Of a DNA stretch of 64,000 bases, positions 29,690 to 39,354 are shown piece after piece. The notes below the pieces were generated by a model. That model did no database searches. It worked only from the letters and a program-made list of their open reading frames with translations, and was not told where the DNA came from. Both the position numbers and the translations under genes were made by a program. Position 1 is the first letter of the stretch, and each line of letters starts with the position of its first letter. This DNA comes from Vicinamibacteria bacterium (GTDB taxonomy: Bacteria; Acidobacteriota; Vicinamibacteria; Marinacidobacterales; Marinacidobacteraceae): contig OZ219815.1 of the NCBI GenBank assembly GCA_964291235.2, positions 64,001 through 128,000 on the forward strand. The letters run 5' to 3'.

Positions 29690-30013
29690 GTGGTTTCCGA
29701 ACGGGGCCGTGAGTCCGGTCAGGTCCCGTAAGTCAACCCGAAACCGAGTCGAGGCCCCCTTCGGAAACCACCGGCGCTGCGCGCCGGAAATCGGAACTTT
29801 CCTCGCTGTGGCAAGCCTACGGCGCGCTGTGCGAACCCAAGTTCCGATTTGACGCCGTGTTCTTGTGAGATCGGCGGTGCTTCGGCTGGTCTTGCTGCTA
29901 GCCGGGATTTCTCATACCTCATGGCCCAAGGTGCCGCGCGGATCACACTTTCCCCCCGGTCACGACGACACGGGGCGAACCCAAGGTTCGCTGCCATTTG
30001 TTTTCGCTCGTTC
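29684..30013 (-). ncRNA. Structured multi-stem repeated element, copy 3 (expanded stems 2 and 3)
   Basis: Reverse complement keeps AACGAGCGAA, GGCAGCGAAC, CGTGACCGGGGGGAAAGTGTGA, TCACAAGAA, AATCGGAACT and CCGGCGC-nnn-GCGCCGG, with longer inserts. Confidence 0.6.
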
Positions 30014-30023
30014 GAAATCCGGA

Positions 30024-31709
30024 CTAGAACCGCGCGGCGGTCAGGACGATGTCGGCGCGGCTCCAGGCGCGCAGAAAGCGGCGCTGCACGCGGTTGGCCT
30101 CGTCGGTCTTGCCCTGGTCGCGGAGCGATTCGAGCAGACCGAAGAGCGACCAGCCGTTTTCGGGCCAGTGGCGGAGATCCTCGCGGAACGCCACCTCGGC
30201 GTGGTCGGGCTGGCCGGCCTCCAGCAGCACCGCTCCCAGCGTCTGCCGCATCGGCATGTACCAGGGCGGAGGCTCGGTATAGGCGAGGTTGTCCTGGATG
30301 TTGATGGCCTCTTCGAGCAACGGGATCGCCTTCGCGGGGGCGTCGTGGCGCGAAACGATGTCGGCTTCGAGCGCCGTGGCGGCGAGCCGCAGCATGTCCT
30401 TGGCGGACACCCGTCCCATGCCCGGCAGGTTTTCGTCCGCCGCAATGGCGGCGACCTGCTTCTGGTGTTCCCGGGCGGTCTCCACCTCCCCGGTGGCCGA
30501 GTGCGCAAGTCCACGCACGTAGTGCCAGATCGCCGTCTCGAAGAGATACTCGGCGCGCGGCTGCGGCTCGCTCATGATGTCATTCCAACGACCGAAGCGC
30601 GCCTGCGCGAACAGCGGAATGGTGAGGAAGAGTTGCGGGCGGGAGGACTCCGCGATCCGGTTGGGGCCGACCTGGACCCGCACCTTGTCGCGCAGCTTGT
30701 AGGCCTGCTGGAGCGCCACGGCGCTCCTGCCCTCGAACTGCGCCGCCGACCAGGCGAAGTGGACGTTGTGCTGATAGGAACCGACCGGGTAGCGGCCCTC
30801 CTGATCGGGCATTCCGATATAGAGCTCGTCCACCGCGGCGGCGTCCAGGTTGAAGTCCGCCGCCTCGTCGTAGTTGCCGGTCTGGATCAGGATGTGCGCG
30901 CCCATGTGGACGAGGTGCGCGGCGCCCGGCATGGTCCGGGGAAGGTTCCGGGCGTGCGGAACCGCGCGCGCGAGATTGTCGGACGCCTCGACCCCGTGGA
31001 TGTAGTAGTGGATGGCGCCGGGGTGGTCCGGGTCCATCTCCAGAGCGCGTTCGATCTGCTCGACCAGCCAGACGGTGCCGTCGTTCAGCGGCTTGCCGCC
31101 ATCGTCCCAGTAGTTCCAGCGGGTGGTGTTCATGTAGGAGGCCGCCGCCATCACCTGGAGGTCGATGTCGTCGGGATAGGCCTCCGCGAGCGCGCGGGCC
31201 TTGTCGTGGTACGCCTTGTCCAGCGGGGCGCGCTCGGACGCGGGATCCTCGGCGTAGCGGGCGGCGAGCGCGTCGATCATCGCCTTTTCCTTGTCGGTAG
31301 CGGTCCCGGACAGCTCCTGGGCCCGGCTGATCGCCTCCCAGGCGGTTGCGAGCTGGTCCTCCGGCGGGTCTCCCTGGTTGAGGTAGGGCCCGTAAGCGAG
31401 CGCCCGGCCCCAGTGGGACATCGCGTTGTCGTCCAGCCGGGCGGCCTCGTCGAAGGACCGCCGCGCCTCTGCCATCCAGAAGGCGTACACCAGCCGCAGT
31501 CCCTGATCGAAGTACTGCTGACCCAGTTCCGACGCGCCGCTCACCGGATAGCTGACCTTGCCGAGCTTCGCGTGCAGCGGAACCGCCAGATCGGTGGTGT
31601 TCGTCTCCTCTTCTTCCCAGGCGGGCGCCGTGGCGGCGAACAGCAGGGCCAGGACGGCCAGCAGGGAGGTACATCGGCTGGTTCGGGACATCTGGGGGTT
31701 TCTCCTCAT
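30024..31709 (-). CDS. Exported TPR-repeat protein
   Basis: QYFDQGL, HPGAIHYYIH, HLVHM, PENGWSLFGL conserved blocks; ATGA overlap with the upstream gene. Confidence 0.85.
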   Translation of the reverse strand: MRRNPQMSRTSRCTSLLAVLALLFAATAPAWEEEETNTTDLAVPLHAKLGKVSYPVSGASELGQQYFDQGLRLVYAFWMAEARRSFDEAARLDDNAMSHWGRALAYGPYLNQGDPPEDQLATAWEAISRAQELSGTATDKEKAMIDALAARYAEDPASERAPLDKAYHDKARALAEAYPDDIDLQVMAAASYMNTTRWNYWDDGGKPLNDGTVWLVEQIERALEMDPDHPGAIHYYIHGVEASDNLARAVPHARNLPRTMPGAAHLVHMGAHILIQTGNYDEAADFNLDAAAVDELYIGMPDQEGRYPVGSYQHNVHFAWSAAQFEGRSAVALQQAYKLRDKVRVQVGPNRIAESSRPQLFLTIPLFAQARFGRWNDIMSEPQPRAEYLFETAIWHYVRGLAHSATGEVETAREHQKQVAAIAADENLPGMGRVSAKDMLRLAATALEADIVSRHDAPAKAIPLLEEAINIQDNLAYTEPPPWYMPMRQTLGAVLLEAGQPDHAEVAFREDLRHWPENGWSLFGLLESLRDQGKTDEANRVQRRFLRAWSRADIVLTAARF

Positions 31710-32602
31710 TCGGACAGGTTGCGGTACAGAACGCGGATTATCGCGTAGCCCTCGGCCATGTCGGCGGCTTCGAACCGCACCGTGTCCGGGGAAATTCGTT
31801 CGATCTGCGGCAGGAGCGACGCGATCTCCGCCAGGTCGGGGCGGGTGTACTGGATCTCGATGGGGACCGGGGATTCCGGGGCCGGAGGCGGCTCCGGGAT
31901 GGACTGGAGCGCCCTGGTCGCGGCCTCCCGGATCATCCGGGCGGTCACTTGCGGGTGGATCAGCTCGGCCGTGGTTCGGCGGATAGCCCGTTTCACGGCG
32001 ACGAACTCGGTGTCCGTGAGCCGCTGACCCAGTTCTTTCGCGAACGCCTCGTCTCCGGTGGCGAGGGCGACGGGAACCCCGTGGTGCGCGGCGAGCATGG
32101 CGTTCATGTCCCCTTCCCCGGCCGGTTCGCCGCCCACCCGAATCTCGCGGATCGATGCGCCCGATCCGGTGTGGGCCATCAGCCCGTCGGGGTTCCCGGC
32201 CCGCGCGTGGTAGCCGATGAAGAAGACGGCGTCGAAGTCGCCGTCGATGCCCTGCATCATGCCGAAGGGCTTCGAGTTGTGGCTGATCAGCCGCGCCGGG
32301 GGCAGCATCGCTTCCACGCGGATGTTCCGCATGCTGCCGTGGCTGTCGTTGACCAGGATCTCGGTAGCGCCGGCGTCGAGGGCGCCCTGAATGGCAGCGT
32401 TCAGATCACCCATCATCAGGTCGCGGCCCCGCCCGTACTCGGCGCCGGACGCCGAGGTCATTTCGGAGTGGGCGATGCCGCTGAGCCCCTCCATGTCCAC
32501 CGAGATGAACACCCGCGGACCGCCACCCTGGGCGGACGCGGCGGTGGCCCAGAGCGCCGCGAGAAAGACGAGTCCGAACCGGCGCCCCGCGCGCGAGTGC
32601 AT
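31706..32602 (-). CDS. M55 family D-aminopeptidase (DppA-like) with signal peptide
   Basis: ISVDMEG, VNDSHG, IGYHA, AHT, TGD motifs. Confidence 0.92.
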   Translation of the reverse strand: MHSRAGRRFGLVFLAALWATAASAQGGGPRVFISVDMEGLSGIAHSEMTSASGAEYGRGRDLMMGDLNAAIQGALDAGATEILVNDSHGSMRNIRVEAMLPPARLISHNSKPFGMMQGIDGDFDAVFFIGYHARAGNPDGLMAHTGSGASIREIRVGGEPAGEGDMNAMLAAHHGVPVALATGDEAFAKELGQRLTDTEFVAVKRAIRRTTAELIHPQVTARMIREAATRALQSIPEPPPAPESPVPIEIQYTRPDLAEIASLLPQIERISPDTVRFEAADMAEGYAIIRVLYRNLSE

Positions 32603-33558
32603 CAGGATCCGGGATTGCGCAACTGGTCGAGGATTTCCTGCACCATGACCGACTGGGCGCCGTCGGGTTCGATCTCAAGGTAGCGCTCGAACGCGGCGAT
32701 CGCTCCTTCGCGATCCTCCTGCCGGGCTTTCGCCATCCCGATCTGCAGGTGTGCCGGCGCGAACTCGGGGTCGGCCGCCGCCGCCTTCTCGTAGAACTCG
32801 TCGGCGGTCTCGATCCTGTCGGCGTTGCTCGCGTACACGGCGTAGTTGAAGAGGTTCACCGCGTTGCCTTCAACCAGCTCCATGGCCCGGTCGAAGGCGG
32901 CAAGCGCCTGGTCCCACTCTTTCTGCCGCCCGTGCAGATCCGCAACCGCCATGAGCGCTTCGAGCATCGAGTCGTCGAGTTCATACGCCTTCTCGTAGGC
33001 GGCAATCGCGGCAGGGAAGTCCGGGAGCTGCTCGTAGGCCGCCGCAAGGTTGAAGTGCGCCGGGCCCGAATTGGGGACCAGTTCGAGGAAGCCGTTGAAC
33101 TCCGTCACCGCGGTCCCGAAATCGCCGAGCTCGAACGCATCCTGGGCCGCCTGAAGGTGTCCGTCAGCGCGGTCGGCCTGCGCCTGGCTGAGGACGCCCT
33201 CGGGTAGTGGATGGAGCGTCTCGTTGATGAAGCTCTGCCCCCCGTTGCTCACCGTCACCATCGCCTGGAGCGGTTCCCAGCCCTCGAGTTCGAAGGCAAC
33301 CCGGTACATCTGCACCGGAATGCCGGCCCGGATGAACTCCCCCTTGTCGTTGGTCTCGGTTTCGATCGAACGGCCACCACCGTCCATCAGCACGATCGAA
33401 ACCTGCACCCCGGGAACCGGGTTGCCGTCGGGATCGGTGATCTTTCCGCGAATGGCGCCCCGCTGCGCAAGCGCCGGCGCCACGGTGAGAAGCAACAGCG
33501 CGACCGCAAGAACGCCCGACAGGGCAAGCCGGCCGCGGCCCAAATCAACACTCTGCAC
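32602..33558 (-). CDS. Carboxypeptidase-regulatory-like domain plus TPR protein
   Basis: GTG start after GAGGA; signal peptide, IRGKITDPDGNPVPG, then TPR repeats. It is the C-terminal third of track ORF 32602..35343. Confidence 0.85.
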   Translation of the reverse strand: MQSVDLGRGRLALSGVLAVALLLLTVAPALAQRGAIRGKITDPDGNPVPGVQVSIVLMDGGGRSIETETNDKGEFIRAGIPVQMYRVAFELEGWEPLQAMVTVSNGGQSFINETLHPLPEGVLSQAQADRADGHLQAAQDAFELGDFGTAVTEFNGFLELVPNSGPAHFNLAAAYEQLPDFPAAIAAYEKAYELDDSMLEALMAVADLHGRQKEWDQALAAFDRAMELVEGNAVNLFNYAVYASNADRIETADEFYEKAAAADPEFAPAHLQIGMAKARQEDREGAIAAFERYLEIEPDGAQSVMVQEILDQLRNPGS

Positions 33559-33684
33559 GATGAATTCCTCCCGGCGCCGCCCGAAACAGGGCGATGAGTT
33601 TAGCAGCCGATCCTGCAGTCGGTCCCACGGCGGGGGCGCCGCCGGATCGGCGCGCACCGCCGCGAATCCGCCATAATCCGGGCC

Positions 33685-34944
33685 ATGGCGAAAAAACCGG
33701 AGAACCGCGAGCTTCCCTCGCGCCGCGCATTGCTGGCGGGGGTGGTCGGAACCGCCGCGGTGGGCGCCGGAGCGCTGGCGAGCGCACAACACGAGGAGAC
33801 CTCCAGGCCTCGGCCCCGGGCCCCCGAGGACCCCACCAAGATGCAGGGCCTGGTGCCGCGTCCGCTCGGGGAGCGCTCGGCATTCGAGACCCCGCGGCGG
33901 CTGGTCCGGGTACTGGAACCATCCTCTTCTTCCCGCACCCCGCTCCAGTATCTCCAGGGGATCGTGACCCCCGCCGATCTGCATTTCGAGCGCCATCACG
34001 CCGGGATTCCGAACATCGATCCGGAGCGCTACGAGCTGCTGATCCACGGGATGGTGGACCGGCCGAGGACTTTCACCCTGGCCGACCTGAAGCGGTTCCC
34101 CGCCGAATCGAAACTGCGATTCCTCGAATGCTCCGGGAACGGCGGAACCGCCTTCCAGAACCAGGGCCGTTTCCCGAACATGAGCCCCCAGGAAATGGAC
34201 GGCCTCACCAGCACCAGTGAGTGGACCGGGGTGCCCCTGAAGCTCCTGTTCCGCGAGGTGGGGGCGCGCCCCGAGGCCACCTGGTTCCTCGCCGAGGCGA
34301 TGGACGCCGCGGTCATGACCCGCTCCGTCCCGATGGAGAAGGCGTGGGACGACGCCATCGTCGCCTACGCCCAGAACGGAGAACCCCTGCGGCCCGAGCA
34401 GGGGTATCCGGCGCGGCTCTTCCTGCCGGGGTGGGAAGGAAACGCCAGCATCAAGTGGTTGCGCCGGCTGGAGCTTTCCGACCGGCCGTTCATGACCCGC
34501 GAGGAAACCTCCAAGTACACGGACCCCCTCCCCGGAGAGAAGGCGCGGATGTTCAGCTTCGCCATGGACGCGAAGTCGCTGCTCACGTTCCCGACCTTCC
34601 CGGAGCGCCTCGACGGACCCGGTTGGTGGGAGATCCGCGGAATCGCATGGACCGGCCGGGGCAGGATCACCCGGGTCGAGATTTCGACCGACGGCGGCGA
34701 CACCTGGGAGGACGCCGAACTCCAGGAACCCGTGCTCCCGAAGTGCCACGTCCGTTTCCGCAAGCTCTGGAACTGGAACGGCCGCCGCGCCACCCTGATG
34801 AGCCGGGCCACCGACGAGACCGGGTACGTCCAGCCGACCCGGGAAGCGTTGCGTCAGGCCCGCGGTTCTTACACGCGCTACCACTTCAACCAAATCCGCC
34901 CCTGGCGCGTGGAACCCGACGGGCGAGTCTTCTTTGCCGACTGA
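33685..34944 (+). CDS. soxC: Sulfite dehydrogenase/SoxC molybdopterin subunit
   Basis: SRRALL Tat; RTPLQ, HFERHHAG, FLECSGN, GEPLRPEQGYPARL, SRATDETGYVQPT. Confidence 0.92.
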   Translation: MAKKPENRELPSRRALLAGVVGTAAVGAGALASAQHEETSRPRPRAPEDPTKMQGLVPRPLGERSAFETPRRLVRVLEPSSSSRTPLQYLQGIVTPADLHFERHHAGIPNIDPERYELLIHGMVDRPRTFTLADLKRFPAESKLRFLECSGNGGTAFQNQGRFPNMSPQEMDGLTSTSEWTGVPLKLLFREVGARPEATWFLAEAMDAAVMTRSVPMEKAWDDAIVAYAQNGEPLRPEQGYPARLFLPGWEGNASIKWLRRLELSDRPFMTREETSKYTDPLPGEKARMFSFAMDAKSLLTFPTFPERLDGPGWWEIRGIAWTGRGRITRVEISTDGGDTWEDAELQEPVLPKCHVRFRKLWNWNGRRATLMSRATDETGYVQPTREALRQARGSYTRYHFNQIRPWRVEPDGRVFFAD

Positions 34945-35770
34945 CGGCTCGCGGGGAGGGGACACCCCTCCCCGCGCCCCTCCCCGGCGGCGCTGCGCGC
35001 CGCCGGCCGTGGCCGACCGGCGTCCGCCAGTAATCTGGGTGACGGCCGCGGGAGCCGCGCTACTCCTGCTGGTTACCGGCTGCGCTCCGGAACGGGACGA
35101 GCCGGAGTCCGTCCCGCCGGCTCCCTCAGAGACCGGGGCTGTCCCGGAGGCTGCCCCCGGGAGCGGGGCCGTTCCGCCGCGTCCGGAACTCCATCCCACC
35201 ATGCCCGGGCTCCTCAACGAAGCGGAAATGGAAGAACTGCGACAGGCCCGCGAGCGCGGCCTCACGGACATCGGCCATCTTCCCGAGTTCGGTTTCGGGG
35301 AGCCGGCGAGTCCGGAGCGGATCGCCGCCTGGGACATCGACATCGGCCCGGACGGCGAGGGGCTCCCGGCCGGCAGCGGGTCGGTGGAACGCGGCGAAAC
35401 GCTCTACCGGTTGCAGTGCGTCCAGTGCCACGGCGGCCGGGGCGAGGGCGCCGAGTTCGAAGCGCTGGCCGGCCGGGTCCCCGGCGACCGCTTCCCGTTC
35501 TCCGAGGATCGGCGATACCGGATCACGGTAGGCAGCTACTGGCCCTACGCCACCACGCTGTTCGACTACATCCGGCGCGCCATGCCGCAGGCGGCGCCCG
35601 GCACCCTGCCCCCCGACGACGTGTACGCCCTGACCGCGTTCATCCTCCAACTGAATGGAATCCTCGAGCCGGGAGACTCGCTCGACGCCGACTCGCTGCC
35701 CCGGATCCGGATGCCCTCCCGCGACCGCTTTGTACGGGACGACCGGCGTGGCGGGCCCGAGGTGCGATGA
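34934..35770 (+). CDS. soxD: SoxD-like monoheme cytochrome c lipoprotein
   Basis: AWDIDIGPDGEGLPAGSG, CVQCH, TVGSYWPYATTLFDYIRRAMP. Confidence 0.88.
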   Translation: MPTDGSRGGDTPPRAPPRRRCAPPAVADRRPPVIWVTAAGAALLLLVTGCAPERDEPESVPPAPSETGAVPEAAPGSGAVPPRPELHPTMPGLLNEAEMEELRQARERGLTDIGHLPEFGFGEPASPERIAAWDIDIGPDGEGLPAGSGSVERGETLYRLQCVQCHGGRGEGAEFEALAGRVPGDRFPFSEDRRYRITVGSYWPYATTLFDYIRRAMPQAAPGTLPPDDVYALTAFILQLNGILEPGDSLDADSLPRIRMPSRDRFVRDDRRGGPEVR

Positions 35771-37509
35771 CCGGCGGGAAATCCCCGGAGGGTGACGGGG
35801 AAACGATGAAGGAACCGGGCTCCGCGCCCGGGACCACCCCGCCGCCCGACTTCATCCGGGCCATCGTGGTCGCCGACCGGTCCGCCGGGAAGCACGACGG
35901 TCGGGTGGGGACCCGCTTCCCTCCGGAGCCGAACGGCTTTCTCCACATCGGGCACGCCAAGTCCATCGTCCTCAACTTCGGGGTGGCGGCAGAAAACGGG
36001 GGAACCTGCAACCTCCGCTACGACGACACGAACCCGGCGAAAGAGGAGACGCTCTACGTGGAGTCCATCGCCGCGGATGTCCGCTGGCTGGGCTACCTTT
36101 GGGAAGGGCCGCGCAAGTTCGCTTCCGACTATTTCGACCGCCTCTACGGGTTCGCCGAAACGCTGATCCGCCGCGGCAAGGCGTACGTGGACAGCCTGAG
36201 CGCCGACGAGGTCCGGCAGACCCGCGGGACGCTCGAATCCCCCGGCAGCGAGAGTCCGTACCGGAACCGCACCGTCGAGGAAAACCTCGACCTCTTCCGG
36301 CGCATGCGAGCGGGCGAGTTTCCCGACGGCGCCCACGTGTTGCGGGCCCGGATCGACATGGCCTCCCCCAACCTGAACCTCCGGGATCCGACGCTCTACC
36401 GCATCCGCCGGATGCGTCACCACCGGACGGGCGACGACTGGTGCATCTACCCGATGTACGACTTCGCGCACGCGCTCTCGGATGCCATCGAGGGGATCAC
36501 CCACTCGCTGTGCACCCTGGAGTTCGAAGACCACCGTCCGCTCTACGACTGGTGCGTCGCCGAGAGCCGGGCCGATTTCGTCCCGCGGCAAATCGAGTTC
36601 GCGCGCCTGAACGTGAGCTACACGGTGCTCAGCAAGCGCCGGCTGCTGCGGCTCGTTTCCGGGGGGGCGGTTTCGGGATGGGACGACCCGCGGATGCCAA
36701 CCATCGCCGGGCTGCGCCGGCGAGGCGTCCCGCCGGCGGCCATCCGGAACTTCTGCGAGCGCGTCGGAGTCGCCAAGCGGGACAGCACCGTGGACATCGC
36801 GCTCCTCGAACACGCCGTCCGGGAAGAGCTCAACCGGACGAGCCCGCGGCTAATGGGAGTTCTCGATCCGGTCCGGCTGGTGATCGAGAACTATCCCGAA
36901 GACGCGGAAGAGACGTTCGAGGCGGTCAACAACCCCGAGGATCCGACGGCCGGGACGCGACGGGTGCCGTTTTGCCGGGAACTGCTGATCGAGCGCGCCG
37001 ACTTCCTGGAGGATCCGCCCCGGAAGTTCTACCGGCTGGCCCCGGGGCGCGAAGTGAGGCTCCGCTACGCCTTCCTGGTGACCTGCACGGATTTTTCCAG
37101 GGACGCGGACGGGCGGGTGCGGGAAATCCGCTGCCGCCTCGATCCCGAGAGCCGGGGAGGAGACGCCCCGGACGGGCGGCGCGTCCGGGCCACGCTCCAC
37201 TGGGTTTCGGCCCGCCACGCCGTCCCCGCCGCGGTGCGGCTCTACGACCGGCTGTTCCACGTGGAAGAGCCGGGACGGGATCGGGATTTCCTCGAGGATC
37301 TCAATCCCGATTCGATACGGGTGAACCAGGACGCGCGCATCGAACCGGCGGTCCGCGCCCTGAACCCCGGCCAGCGCATCCAGTTGGAGCGGCTCGGGTA
37401 CTTCGTCGCGGACGCCGAGGACCACGTGCCGGAAAGTCCCGTCCTGAACCGGACCGTGAGCCTCCGGGACACCTGGGCCCGGATCATGAGGCGGGGCCAC
37501 CGCTCCTGA
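35767..37509 (+). CDS. glnS: Glutamine--tRNA ligase
   Basis: TRFPPEPNGFLHIGH, WCIYPMYD, SLCTLEF, LSKR, GWDDPRMPT; start 35767 or 35806. Confidence 0.96.
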   Translation: MTGGKSPEGDGETMKEPGSAPGTTPPPDFIRAIVVADRSAGKHDGRVGTRFPPEPNGFLHIGHAKSIVLNFGVAAENGGTCNLRYDDTNPAKEETLYVESIAADVRWLGYLWEGPRKFASDYFDRLYGFAETLIRRGKAYVDSLSADEVRQTRGTLESPGSESPYRNRTVEENLDLFRRMRAGEFPDGAHVLRARIDMASPNLNLRDPTLYRIRRMRHHRTGDDWCIYPMYDFAHALSDAIEGITHSLCTLEFEDHRPLYDWCVAESRADFVPRQIEFARLNVSYTVLSKRRLLRLVSGGAVSGWDDPRMPTIAGLRRRGVPPAAIRNFCERVGVAKRDSTVDIALLEHAVREELNRTSPRLMGVLDPVRLVIENYPEDAEETFEAVNNPEDPTAGTRRVPFCRELLIERADFLEDPPRKFYRLAPGREVRLRYAFLVTCTDFSRDADGRVREIRCRLDPESRGGDAPDGRRVRATLHWVSARHAVPAAVRLYDRLFHVEEPGRDRDFLEDLNPDSIRVNQDARIEPAVRALNPGQRIQLERLGYFVADAEDHVPESPVLNRTVSLRDTWARIMRRGHRS

Positions 37510-37542
37510 CCACGTAGGATTGCCCGCCGGAGGTTCCCCCTC

Positions 37543-39240
<1,698 letters not shown>

Positions 39241-39354
39241 GGGGCCGCGCCGGCATCCCCCTACGGGTACGCCGCTCCTCCGTTTCCTGCCGCCCGGGAT
39301 TTGTCATGCTTCGGACATCCTGAGCATGAGGAATCCGGGCTAGCCTTCCGAGAC

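Noticed and set aside
32602-35343. 913-aa ORF as one protein
   Set aside because: The N-terminal two-thirds is antisense to soxCD; only 32602..33558 has an RBS, signal peptide and domains. Likewise the 5' extensions of 49527..52403, 41573..43645 and 35416..37509.
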